The notes below the pieces were generated by a model that did no database searches, was not told where the DNA came from, and worked only from the letters and a program-made list of their open reading frames with translations. Positions 50,427 through 59,447 of a stretch of 64,000 bases of DNA are shown here, in pieces (position 1 is the first letter of the stretch; each line of letters opens with the position of its first letter). The stretch comes from Candidatus Omnitrophota bacterium. Lineage in GTDB: Bacteria > Omnitrophota > Gorgyraeia > Gorgyraeales > Gorgyraeaceae. Made by a program: the position numbers and the translations under genes. The stretch spans positions 80,988 through 144,987 of the forward strand of contig JAUSEX010000052.1 of assembly GCA_030649895.1 (NCBI GenBank). The letters run 5' to 3'.

Positions 50427-53294
50427 TTAGTTAAGAGCGGCAATGATACCAACGCCCATTACTATGCGGGAAAGGATTTCTACTGTATCCTTAAGAAGCT
50501 GGCCCGGTGGAGTCCAGTATTTGAACTCCTGCGGGATGACTATGGTGTCTCCACGCTCTACAAACTTCGTCATCATGAATTTATTAATAGCCTCGCCATT
50601 GGCGCGGACAACGTAGACGCCGCTTTTATCAGCGTGTTTAGTCATGCCGCCTGTGCGCTGGACATAGTAGTCTATACCCTTGCCTACTTCAAAAGGAACT
50701 GAGGTAGGGTTATTTACGCTGCCTATGACAGTAACAGCTGAAGGCGACTCAGGTATAGTAATGGAATCGCCATCTTCCAGGGGAATATCATACTTACTAT
50801 GCTTTAGCTGGTCAAGAGGCACAAGCGCTATGACCATGCGGCCTTCTATATCAGCCTCAGATATCATCTCCATCATATCTATTCTGGCTCTCACAGACTG
50901 GGTGATAGAATCTGCTCCGGCTGCGCTTCCAGCCCTTAATAGCATCGCCTGCTGTTCTTCCATAATAGTACGCTGTTCTTTTTCCAAGAATTTCTTACGC
51001 ATTTTTTCCTGAACTTCTTTTATAGACTTACGGGTAAATACAGCTCCCGGTAAAAATGCATCCTGGGTATATCCGCCAGCTCTCGCTATAAGATCGCTAA
51101 GCCGCTCTCCCTGTATAACAGGATATGTGCCTGGGAATCTCACCTGGCCTTTTATAGTAACCATCTTTTTCTCAGTGAGCTTAGGCTCGCGCTTCACAAA
51201 AAGCGTGTCGCCTGCCTGCAAAATAATGTCCTTATCTATCGCTATATTAGCTCCGAAAATCCTCTTTACGCCAATCTCTCTCACAACAGGCTGTTCGCCA
51301 GGGACAATATGAAATAACTCTGCGCCTCTAATAAAATCCCCTGAAGTAACGCCTCCTGCTCTAAAAATAAGGTCTGAGATTTTCATATTAGGAGTAAGCT
51401 CGTATTTGCCGGGCTTATTAACCGCTCCATCTATTTCCACGAATGAAGGGGCAGAGACTTCTGCCTCCGAGTAAATTAAAAGTATATCCCACTCTTTTAA
51501 AGAGATATTCTCGTCTTTACCGCCCAGCATCATCTTATTTAAATTAATAGGTATGATCTCGCGAGAGCGGTCTTCAGAGACGCGCGCGATTTCAGCCCTG
51601 TATAAAAACGAGCCGGGCATAAAACCCTTTGCCATCTCTATTAATTTTTCCACAGACATATCCTCTTTAAGGCCATAATCACCGGGATTCTCGACATTGC
51701 CTAATATGGTAACAAACTCATGTTTAAGCCGGACAATGGGAGAAACCATAACCATGTCGCCATTATGAAGATTAATATCTTTAAAATTGCCGTTTTTTAA
51801 CTTAATATCCACCACCACCCTGCGCTCATTATCCTCAATACGCTCAACCTGAATATGCTGAAGATTACCCGTAGGAGTAATACCGCCTGCAAATTCCATG
51901 AGATCGCTTAAAGAAATATCGCTTTTGGTTTCATATATAGCGGGGCGCTTAACATTCCCTGAAACACCAACCACATCGCCTATAGAAGGAACAAATATAG
52001 TATCGCCTGATTGTACTATAGAATTATCAGCCTGCTCGCCTTTTAATAAAAACTGATACAGGTCTATTTCTCTTGATTTACCGTTTGGTGAAGCGATTTT
52101 TATTTTACGCATAGAACCCATCTTCGTTGGGCCGCCTGCCTCATAAAGCGCCTGGAATACGCTCGACTGAGAGCTTACAGTATATGCGCCTGGCTTTTTA
52201 ACCTCGCCCATTACAAATACTCGGATACTGCGAAGCTTACCCATGGAGACATCTACATTGAAATTAGTATAATATTGATTCAGGCGCTGGGTAATGCGGG
52301 CCTCTGCTTCCTTAAGCTTCATGCCCCATATATAAAGCGGGCCTGACTTAGGAAGCATGATTTTACCTTCCCTGTCAACCTCTACAGGGAAGCTTTCCTG
52401 CACGCTACCCCAGATATTAATAAGAAGTGTATCGCCCGGGCCTACAACATAATCAGCGTTTACAGGAACAACTACAGAATCTTCCGCGCCTGTGACTTGA
52501 CTAGAGGAAAAACCTGCATCCTGGCCACCCTGGCCGCCAAGAGCGGTCTTTAGCATGCCAAGAGCTGCCAGAGACTCCATGGATTTAACAGCCTGGGAAC
52601 CTTCGCCATTTCCTTCCCCGCCTTTTTTAGGCCTACCTGCGGATAAAAATAATTCGTAGCCAAACTGTTTTAAGTCTTTCTGCGCGCCAAAAGAAATGGC
52701 CTTTGAAAAACTGGATTCTATATTGGATGGTTCCTCTAATAAGGCCAGGCCAGATTTAGATTTTGCCTGATCCAGCAGGTCTCCTTCAGGAAAAAATACA
52801 AAACCATCGTAAGGGCATGTAAGCTGCTGGCGAAGTTTATATTCAACCTGGTCCATGGATTCCTGGGTAGCGAGAGCAGTTTTAACAGCATCTTCTTTTT
52901 TAATATTTTTATCTTTGGCGTCGCCCCCGAGCTTAAAAAGGCTGAAAAGTTTATCCTGTTTCTTTAATTCTTTTACCTTATCCTGATCATCTTTTAAGCT
53001 GTCTTTAATATCTATGCCATCTTTTTTATATACGTTTAATTCTTTTTTAACCTCATACTGGACCCAGCGGGAATGAGGACTATCCTTGCCAGGTATATAG
53101 AAAAACTCCATAAGGCAGCTTGGGCAGCGGATCTTCTTAAAAGAAACTATATCCATGCCTTTGGATTCGTCTACGAGGTAGCGCTCTTCCGAATCTCTGG
53201 CGCTCTGATATGAAAATGCGCCGGGTGGAAAAATAGTGGTTAGTAAAAATATTATAGCGCTAAAAAAATTGATAAAAGAAAATCTTTTGGACAT
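50427..53294 (-). CDS. Polysaccharide export protein with multiple SLBB domains (Wza/KpsD-like)
   Basis: Signal-peptide-like N-terminus, QFGYELF, YVVGPGD, repeated GEVKKPG/GNVKRP/GAVNKPG/GQVRFPG SLBB motifs. Confidence 0.9.
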   Translation of the reverse strand: MSKRFSFINFFSAIIFLLTTIFPPGAFSYQSARDSEERYLVDESKGMDIVSFKKIRCPSCLMEFFYIPGKDSPHSRWVQYEVKKELNVYKKDGIDIKDSLKDDQDKVKELKKQDKLFSLFKLGGDAKDKNIKKEDAVKTALATQESMDQVEYKLRQQLTCPYDGFVFFPEGDLLDQAKSKSGLALLEEPSNIESSFSKAISFGAQKDLKQFGYELFLSAGRPKKGGEGNGEGSQAVKSMESLAALGMLKTALGGQGGQDAGFSSSQVTGAEDSVVVPVNADYVVGPGDTLLINIWGSVQESFPVEVDREGKIMLPKSGPLYIWGMKLKEAEARITQRLNQYYTNFNVDVSMGKLRSIRVFVMGEVKKPGAYTVSSQSSVFQALYEAGGPTKMGSMRKIKIASPNGKSREIDLYQFLLKGEQADNSIVQSGDTIFVPSIGDVVGVSGNVKRPAIYETKSDISLSDLMEFAGGITPTGNLQHIQVERIEDNERRVVVDIKLKNGNFKDINLHNGDMVMVSPIVRLKHEFVTILGNVENPGDYGLKEDMSVEKLIEMAKGFMPGSFLYRAEIARVSEDRSREIIPINLNKMMLGGKDENISLKEWDILLIYSEAEVSAPSFVEIDGAVNKPGKYELTPNMKISDLIFRAGGVTSGDFIRGAELFHIVPGEQPVVREIGVKRIFGANIAIDKDIILQAGDTLFVKREPKLTEKKMVTIKGQVRFPGTYPVIQGERLSDLIARAGGYTQDAFLPGAVFTRKSIKEVQEKMRKKFLEKEQRTIMEEQQAMLLRAGSAAGADSITQSVRARIDMMEMISEADIEGRMVIALVPLDQLKHSKYDIPLEDGDSITIPESPSAVTVIGSVNNPTSVPFEVGKGIDYYVQRTGGMTKHADKSGVYVVRANGEAINKFMMTKFVERGDTIVIPQEFKYWTPPGQLLKDTVEILSRIVMGVGIIAALN

Positions 53295-53319
53295 TTAAAA
53301 CCTCCTGTTATAACCTCAC

Positions 53320-53354
53320 CACCTACGGGGAGGCCTATGGCCACCCCGTAGGCG
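53320..53354. repeat. Palindrome family B, copy B3
   Basis: ca-cctacgggg-a-ggcc-tat-ggcc-a-ccccgtagg-cg; 1 nt from the stop of the 65-aa gene. Confidence 0.85.
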
Positions 53355-53355
53355 T

Positions 53356-53553
53356 TTATTTATATTTTTTTAATACTATCCTTCCATCAGGCATGAGATG
53401 ATATACTCTGCCGTAAAGGGAAAAAGACGTAGGTATACCGAGCTTTTTATTCTCTTCTACTATCTTTCTATGCACCTTTCTAGACTTTGCCATATCATCT
53501 ATTAAATCTTTATATATAGCTAATGGTAAATTGTCTTGTTTAGCTTTAACCAT
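53356..53553 (-). CDS. Small protein partnered with the zeta-like ATPase (putative antitoxin)
   Basis: 65 aa; overlaps the ATPase stop; NKKLGIP...GRVY...DGRI pattern. Confidence 0.65.
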   Translation of the reverse strand: MVKAKQDNLPLAIYKDLIDDMAKSRKVHRKIVEENKKLGIPTSFSLYGRVYHLMPDGRIVLKKYK

Positions 53554-54097
53554 GATTAACCGCCTCTTTAAAAATATCGAATTCAGACTCGTTTATTAAA
53601 TTAAAACTTCCGTTAATGCCTACTGCTATAGTTTCAGATTCAAGCTGATTATTATTAATTATACTCCATTTAGAAGCATAAAATCTATACTTATTCCAAA
53701 AGTTATAAGCGCTTCTATAATAGCGCCTTATAACATCTTCATTAGCTACCATATGACCGCCTTTGGCAACTCTTTCTCTTATCCTTTCTATAAGTAATTC
53801 TATCGGATAGGCGAATAAATAAAAAATTATTACAGTATACTTTTCTTTCTTAAGGCTTTCAAATCTTTTGGACAAGCCTATGCCAGACATAGTAGTTTCG
53901 AATGAAAAATCCTTATTTTCTGCAATAGATTTGCTTATTAAACGAAGCGACTCTTTGCCAGCATCTATATATGAAAGTTTTTTATCTTTTTTAATATCAT
54001 CTGCATTAATAAAAATAAATCCTGGCTCAATAATGCTCTTAGCAAAAGTTGTCTTACCGCTTCCATTAGCTCCGGCAAAGATTAAAACTTTTGGCAT
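53546..54097 (-). CDS. Zeta-toxin-like P-loop ATPase/kinase
   Basis: AGANGSGKTT, FINADD, FETT, RVAKGGH, IRRY. Confidence 0.85.
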   Translation of the reverse strand: MPKVLIFAGANGSGKTTFAKSIIEPGFIFINADDIKKDKKLSYIDAGKESLRLISKSIAENKDFSFETTMSGIGLSKRFESLKKEKYTVIIFYLFAYPIELLIERIRERVAKGGHMVANEDVIRRYYRSAYNFWNKYRFYASKWSIINNNQLESETIAVGINGSFNLINESEFDIFKEAVNHG

Positions 54098-54099
54098 AT

Positions 54100-55680
54100 T
54101 TAAAATTTCCTTGTGACCTCAGCGCCTACTATATGATTATTGGCTGTGGAGCCGGTGTTTTCAAAATTTGTGATATCGTCAAGTTCGTAGAATAGCGTTA
54201 CTTCTACATCTTTTATATTATACATATTTAAGGCATTAGTTAAACTAAATTCTAATCTTATTTGATTTGTGGTTTCTATGAGGGCTTTGGTAAGGCCACG
54301 CCTCATATGGCTGAAAGTGACGCTGAATTTATACTCATCCGGAAAATTAAATATGCCTGTAACCGCCATATCCTCTGAATCGCCTCCCGCGTGATGGCCT
54401 ATGAAGTTCCCTTTATGCATATAACCTGTGACGTATTTAAAATGCTCGTAAAAAACTTTATGAAACCTGGCAATCTCGGCTTTTACGTCAAAACCAGGGA
54501 TTTTAAAGACGTCTGTAAAATAAGCGCCGGTTATAGACGAAAGATCTATGGGAATACTTTTAGATTCGTCTTCCGCGCCCCATTCAGTGTAGAGCTTCGC
54601 GCCTGTTGCAATAGGTAAAAATCTATCAATCCGCCTTAAAAAAAGCTGAGCATCCCATGACATGATGTGGTTTTCCGGATCATCCGCTCCTCCGCCCGAG
54701 CTAAAAAAAAGCGAGCTATTGCCCACAAAATCATGAATGCCATACATATTAACACCCTTACCGCCAAGCATAAGGATATGACCTACTCCAAACTTTAAAA
54801 ATTCCATGGGTATAAAATCCAGTTTCCAGCCTGTAAATATAGGGTGAGAAGGATTAAACTTTTTCTCTAGCCTCGATATAAACCATGTGCCGCTCCATCT
54901 GCCCATCTTTTTAAATACCCAGGGAAGCCTGAAAGGCCAGATATTATTGATCCTCAAGGTGTCCATGGGAAATGCATTGTCAGTCATAAGAACTGAGCCA
55001 TGAAAACCCGGGCCCCACCACATGGAAGATCTGCCTATGGCGTACTCTGTATTCCAACCCGGAGGATTCAGCCTAAGATGAGCGTCTTCTATATTAACGT
55101 CAGTATCTTCGCCGGAATATCTGATGCCAGGCGTTACAGATACAGCGCTTATATCAGATAACTTAGCCCACGCCGTAGCCTTGACTCTGGCGTTAAATCC
55201 GTCTTTCAGGATCCAGCCGTCTTTATTTTCAAAGAGCATGCGGTCTTTATCAAGCTTAGCGTATACTTTTTCAATCTTTATGTCATTCAGAATATTTAGC
55301 GTATTTTTCGGAAGCGGCTTGTCAAAAGTGCTCGCAACCTCAACGCCTATGCCGACAAGCTCTACCCTGAACTCGCCTATAAGTTTATTTAATAAAGCCT
55401 CTAAATAATCCTGCTCGTTCCATTCAAATTCTTTATCGTAATCCCGGGCTTTATCAATGGCTGTCTTTACAATGTAAGCCATTTTTATGCGGGAGACCGG
55501 ACGAACGCCGATGTCAGCTATATCGCAAAGACCTATGATCGCGAGTTTTTCAATAGCGTCATAGCTCCAGTGCCTCAAAGGCACATCAACCGAAGGCGAT
55601 GCGTTGAGGATACAGGGAGATAAAAGAGTAAAAAATAAAATTATTAAAAATAGGCCGCTTTGCTTTGCTCTTAATGACAT
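54100..55680 (-). CDS. wzi: Capsule assembly Wzi-family outer-membrane protein
   Basis: Signal peptide, HWSYDAIE, GRSSMWWGPG..GS..MTDNA, YTEWGAED, IGHH.GGD, C-terminal F; ATG at 55680 preferred because the track start at 55704 lies inside repeat A4. Confidence 0.8.
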   Translation of the reverse strand: MSLRAKQSGLFLIILFFTLLSPCILNASPSVDVPLRHWSYDAIEKLAIIGLCDIADIGVRPVSRIKMAYIVKTAIDKARDYDKEFEWNEQDYLEALLNKLIGEFRVELVGIGVEVASTFDKPLPKNTLNILNDIKIEKVYAKLDKDRMLFENKDGWILKDGFNARVKATAWAKLSDISAVSVTPGIRYSGEDTDVNIEDAHLRLNPPGWNTEYAIGRSSMWWGPGFHGSVLMTDNAFPMDTLRINNIWPFRLPWVFKKMGRWSGTWFISRLEKKFNPSHPIFTGWKLDFIPMEFLKFGVGHILMLGGKGVNMYGIHDFVGNSSLFFSSGGGADDPENHIMSWDAQLFLRRIDRFLPIATGAKLYTEWGAEDESKSIPIDLSSITGAYFTDVFKIPGFDVKAEIARFHKVFYEHFKYVTGYMHKGNFIGHHAGGDSEDMAVTGIFNFPDEYKFSVTFSHMRRGLTKALIETTNQIRLEFSLTNALNMYNIKDVEVTLFYELDDITNFENTGSTANNHIVGAEVTRKF

Positions 55681-55687
55681 TTGATTA

Positions 55688-55758
55688 CTTCTCGACTCAG
55701 GCAAAATATTCTTCGAGCTTGTCGAGAAGAATATTTTGCCTTCGCTCGAAGAATATTA
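55688..55758. repeat. Junction repeat family A, copy A4 with nested inverted copy
   Basis: cttctcgactc-[aggcaaaatattcttc-gagcttgtcga-gaagaatattttgcct]-tcgctcgaagaatatta; the terminal tta is a stop codon. Confidence 0.9.
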
Positions 55759-56685
55759 TCCTCTTTTGAACCAATCTATTGTTTCTTTTAAGCCTTTTTC
55801 CAGGTCAACCTTTGGGGACCAGCTCAGGAACTTGCTGGCCCTCTTAATATCAGGCTGCCTCTGTTTCGGGTCATCCACAGGAAGAGGATTGTAAATAATT
55901 TTACTTTTGCTGTTAGTAAGCTTAATAATTAATTTTGCCAGGTCTATGATTTTTAGCTCATGAGGATTGCCGATATTCACAGGATCGTGGACATCGGACT
56001 GGCTAAGGCGGAAAATGCCCTCTATGAGGTCTGAGAAAAAACAAAGAGACCTGGTCTGATCGCCTTTACCATAAACAGTGATAGGCTCGTTTTTTAACGC
56101 CTGGGTGATAAAATTCGGTATAACACGGCCGTCGTTTTTTCTCATCCTGGGGCCGTAAGTATTAAAAATACGGACTATCTTTGTATCGAGCTTATGAAAA
56201 TTATGATACGCCATGGTAATGGCTTCTGCAAAGCGCTTTGCCTCGTCGTAGACTCCCCTGGGGCCTACGCAATTAACGTGGCCATAATAAGACTCGGGCT
56301 GAGGATTTACCTTAGGGTCGCCATACACTTCGGAAGTGGAGGCTAAAAGATACTTTGCATTTTTAGCTTTTGCCACGCCAAGGGTGTTATGCGTGCCAAG
56401 AGAACCGACTTTTAACGTCGGTATAGGGTGCATGAGATAATCGATAGGGCTCGCTGGCGAAGCAAAGTGCAGGATAAGATCGACCCCGTCCTTTAAATCT
56501 ATATATTCAGATACATTATGTTTTATAAATTTAAAATCAGGATTTTTCTCAAGGTGAGAAATATTGGCAAGGCTTCCGGTTATAAGATTATCCATACAAA
56601 TAACCTTATAGCCTTCTTTTAAGAACCTGTCGCATAAGTGGGAGCCTAAAAAACCAGCTCCGCCGGTTATTAATACAGTTTTCAT
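55756..56685 (-). CDS. UDP-glucuronate decarboxylase (UDP-xylose synthase)
   Basis: [53 protein letters not shown]. Confidence 0.92.
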   Translation of the reverse strand: MKTVLITGGAGFLGSHLCDRFLKEGYKVICMDNLITGSLANISHLEKNPDFKFIKHNVSEYIDLKDGVDLILHFASPASPIDYLMHPIPTLKVGSLGTHNTLGVAKAKNAKYLLASTSEVYGDPKVNPQPESYYGHVNCVGPRGVYDEAKRFAEAITMAYHNFHKLDTKIVRIFNTYGPRMRKNDGRVIPNFITQALKNEPITVYGKGDQTRSLCFFSDLIEGIFRLSQSDVHDPVNIGNPHELKIIDLAKLIIKLTNSKSKIIYNPLPVDDPKQRQPDIKRASKFLSWSPKVDLEKGLKETIDWFKRG

Positions 56686-56696
56686 AAATACCTTGT

Positions 56697-56800
56697 CTTC
56701 TCGACTCGCTTCGCTCGCTCGAAGAATATTAGTTCGCTCGCTAGAAGAATATTAGTTCGCTCGCTCGAAGAATATTAGTTTGCTCGCTCGAAGAATATTA
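56697..56800. repeat. Family A copy A5 plus 23-bp tandem array (4 units)
   Basis: cttctcgactcgcttcgctcgctcgaagaatatta followed by gttcgctcgctagaagaatatta, gttcgctcgctcgaagaatatta and gtttgctcgctcgaagaatatta; the last tta is the gmd stop. Confidence 0.92.
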
Positions 56801-57772
56801 GTTTGCCTTTAATCTCTTTAAATCCTCATACACCATTATTTTTACAAGCTCTTCGAATTTTACTTTTGGCTTCCAGCCTAATACGCGCTTTGCTTTGGAT
56901 GAATTGCCTATAAGTAGATTAACCTCAGCCGGCCTAAAGAGCTCTTTATCCTGCTTTACGTATTTTTTCCAATTAAGGCCAGCGTGGCCGAACGCAAGCT
57001 CTACGAATCTTTTTACCGTATGAGTTTCGCCCGTAGCTACCACGTAATCATCCGGCTTTTTCTCCTGCAGCATAAGATACATGGCCTCAACAAAATCGCC
57101 TGCAAAGCCCCAGTCGCGCTTAGCGTCCAGATTTCCGAGTTTTAATTCATTGGCAAGGCCCGCTTTGATGCGCGCCACGCCAAGAGTAATCTTACGGGTC
57201 ACAAATTCATATCCTCTCATAGGGGATTCATGGTTGAACAAAATACCATTACAAGCAAATAAGCCGTATGCTTCGCGGTAATTACGCGTAAGCTCAAAAC
57301 CAGCGACCTTGGAAATACCGTAAGGAGACCTCGGGTGAAAAGGTGTGGTCTCTTTCTGAGGCACTTCCCTTACCTTGCCGAACATCTCGGACGATCCGGC
57401 AAAATAAAATTTACATTTAGGCGCCCTGTGTTTTATGGCTGAAAGCATAAAGAGGGTGCCGTTAATATTAGTATTGATCGTGGAGAATTCGTCTTCAAAT
57501 GAATAGCTTACAAAGCTCTGCGCCGCCAGGTGGTAGCATTCGTCAGGCTTTACTTTCTGGACGATATTAAAGAGGCTGGCGTAGCTTTCTAAAGATCCGG
57601 CGTGCAGTTTTATTTTATGCAGAATAGGCTTTAAGCGCCATAATCTATGGTCAGGATCTTCTAATGCCACACGCCGCACTATGCCATGGACCTGATAGCC
57701 TTTATCTAATAATAATTTGGAAAGATACGCGCCATCCTGGCCTGTGATGCCTGTGATTAAAGCTTTTTTCAT
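56798..57772 (-). CDS. gmd: GDP-mannose 4,6-dehydratase
   Basis: ITGITGQDGAYL, HLAAQSFV, SSEMFG, PRSPYG, NHESP, FVTRKI, LGNLDAKRDWG. Confidence 0.95.
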   Translation of the reverse strand: MKKALITGITGQDGAYLSKLLLDKGYQVHGIVRRVALEDPDHRLWRLKPILHKIKLHAGSLESYASLFNIVQKVKPDECYHLAAQSFVSYSFEDEFSTINTNINGTLFMLSAIKHRAPKCKFYFAGSSEMFGKVREVPQKETTPFHPRSPYGISKVAGFELTRNYREAYGLFACNGILFNHESPMRGYEFVTRKITLGVARIKAGLANELKLGNLDAKRDWGFAGDFVEAMYLMLQEKKPDDYVVATGETHTVKRFVELAFGHAGLNWKKYVKQDKELFRPAEVNLLIGNSSKAKRVLGWKPKVKFEELVKIMVYEDLKRLKAN

Positions 57773-57800
57773 AGTTTACCCTCCATAGAAAGTGTATTTA

Positions 57801-57829
57801 ATTATAGTATATTAAGGTAATATGCGCAA
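57801..57829 (-). promoter_or_regulatory. Sigma70-type promoter upstream of gmd
   Basis: Minus strand TTGCGC (57829-57824) - 17 nt - TATAAT (57806-57801); GGAGG RBS follows. Confidence 0.55.
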
Positions 57830-57893
57830 GAACAAATTCCAGGTTTAAGCATAATGGGGAAACATGGAGCAGCACGTAGGACGCAAAGAGCTT

Positions 57894-58145
57894 CTAACGA
57901 TATGCTTCTTTGCGATGTTTTACCCTATATATCGTAATAAGTTTCTGACTATCATCTATCGTGTACAATATACGATAATCTCCGATCCTAACACGCCAGC
58001 CGACTTCTCCTGTCAGTTTCTTTGAGCCATGCGGTCGAGGGTTAAGTTTTAAATTCTTGATTGTATCTATAACACGTTGGATTGCATCGTTAGGAAGGCA
58101 TTCTGTTTCTTTGGCGGCTTTATGCTCAATAATAATTCTATACAT
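57894..58145 (-). CDS. RelE/ParE-family toxin
   Basis: NPRPHGSKKL.G..WRVRIGDYRILY.IDD..I.IYRVKHRKEAYR. Confidence 0.92.
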   Translation of the reverse strand: MYRIIIEHKAAKETECLPNDAIQRVIDTIKNLKLNPRPHGSKKLTGEVGWRVRIGDYRILYTIDDSQKLITIYRVKHRKEAYR

Positions 58146-58351
58146 TACTGTATGCGGCCTTGTTTTTTAAGCTTAGCGGTAAACTTTCCGAAATCAATAA
58201 AATCCTTGGCATCCTTTTTTGCTTTTTTCAGATCAAGAGCGTCTTCCATGTCTTCAAGATACTCCAATAATTTAATATAATTACGAATAGGCAAAACTAC
58301 AGATTTTTTTTTACCCTTTTGATCAACAAGATACTCTGTTTGAATAACCAT
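58145..58351 (-). CDS. Antitoxin upstream of RelE
   Basis: 68 aa, YLVD.KGKKKSVVLPI..Y..LLE.LEDMED; TAATG overlap with the toxin. Confidence 0.8.
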   Translation of the reverse strand: MVIQTEYLVDQKGKKKSVVLPIRNYIKLLEYLEDMEDALDLKKAKKDAKDFIDFGKFTAKLKKQGRIQ

Positions 58352-58371
58352 ATTTCATCCTCCTGTACGCA

Positions 58372-58399
58372 AGTTTAACATAATACAGAAAAATTGCAA
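58372..58399 (-). promoter_or_regulatory. Candidate promoter of the TA operon
   Basis: Minus strand TTGCAA - 16 nt - TAAACT with extended TGn; AGGAGG RBS downstream. Confidence 0.45.
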
Positions 58400-58429
58400 G
58401 GGGAACTTTAGAGTCAGGCGAACCTGGAA

Positions 58430-59362
58430 CTATTTCAACTTACTAAAATATTCTATAGTTTTTTTAAGGCCCTCTTCAAAGCCGATTTCCGGCTTAAAGC
58501 CGATAAGTTTTTTGGCTTTAGAAATATCCGCGAGGGTATGCTTCGCATCTCCGGACCTTACGGGGCCAAACTTCGGCAATACGCTTTTTCCAAGAATCTT
58601 ATTTACATATTTAACTATATCAAGGACAGCGTATGCCTTGCCGCACGCAATATTAAAGACCTCGCACTTAACGCCGGGCGCAGTGGCTGATTTGATATTT
58701 GCCTGGACTACGTTTGCCACATATGTAAAATCCCTGGTCTGTTTGCCGTCGCCGTGGATAGGCGGAGGTTCATTCTTAAGTATACAGGTTATAAATTTAG
58801 GGATTACTACTGCGTATTCGTTTTCCAGGGACTGGCGCGGGCCAAAGACATTGAAATACCTGAGGTTTACTGTTTCAAGGCCGTAGATCAGGCTAAAAAT
58901 CCTGGAATAATACTCGCCTGCGAGCTTTGTAAGGCCGTAGGGCGAGATAAGCTGAGGTAAAAAATCCTCTTTCTCCGGAAGCTTGTCTACGTCTCCATAA
59001 ATAGAGCTGGAAGAAGCTGTAACTACCCTTTTTACTTTTGCGTTGCGAGCAGCCGTAAGAATATTAAGAGTGCCGTTGATATTGACGTCATTATAAAGCT
59101 CTGGATTCGCCAAAGACTTGGGGACACTTCTAAGGGCTGCCTGATGAAGAACGTAATCTACTCCCTCCACTGCCTTCGCGACAAGCTCTTTATTTCTAAT
59201 GTCGCCTTTTATAAGTTCTATCTTATTTAAAACTCCCTCGAGATTTTCCATGCGGCCGGAGCTAAAATCATCGATTACCTTTACCTTGTCGCCGTTTCCG
59301 ACCAATGCGCCTACTATGTGTGAACCTATAAAGCCTGCTCCGCCGGTGACTAAGAATTTCAT
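58430..59362 (-). CDS. UDP-GlcNAc(A) 4-epimerase, WbpP/TviC-like SDR
   Basis: TGGAGFIGSH, HQAALRSVPKS, SSSSIYG, PYGLTK, LRYFNVFGPRQ, GDGKQTRDF. Confidence 0.88.
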   Translation of the reverse strand: MKFLVTGGAGFIGSHIVGALVGNGDKVKVIDDFSSGRMENLEGVLNKIELIKGDIRNKELVAKAVEGVDYVLHQAALRSVPKSLANPELYNDVNINGTLNILTAARNAKVKRVVTASSSSIYGDVDKLPEKEDFLPQLISPYGLTKLAGEYYSRIFSLIYGLETVNLRYFNVFGPRQSLENEYAVVIPKFITCILKNEPPPIHGDGKQTRDFTYVANVVQANIKSATAPGVKCEVFNIACGKAYAVLDIVKYVNKILGKSVLPKFGPVRSGDAKHTLADISKAKKLIGFKPEIGFEEGLKKTIEYFSKLK

Positions 59363-59379
59363 TATTTATCTCCTATTTA

Positions 59380-59447
59380 CTTCTCGACTCAGCCCTGCGG
59401 GCTTCGCTCGAAGAATATTGTTCGAGCGAACGAAGTGAGTCGAGAAC
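59380..59447. repeat. Family A inverted doublet A6
   Basis: cttctcgactc-agccctgcgggct-tcgctcgaag-aatatt-gttcgagcga-acgaagt-gagtcgagaac; flanked by ta on both sides; abuts a TAG stop. Confidence 0.9.

Noticed and set aside
56697-56800. Possible CRISPR array
   Set aside because: The 23-bp units are directly adjacent with no unique spacers, and no cas genes are present. It is a tandem duplication.
58411-58432. gagt-cagg-cgaa-cctg-gaac-ta at the epimerase stop as a tenth family A copy
   Set aside because: It shares the gaac-ta stop overlap and a small hairpin, but lacks the TCGA arms; too degenerate to call.
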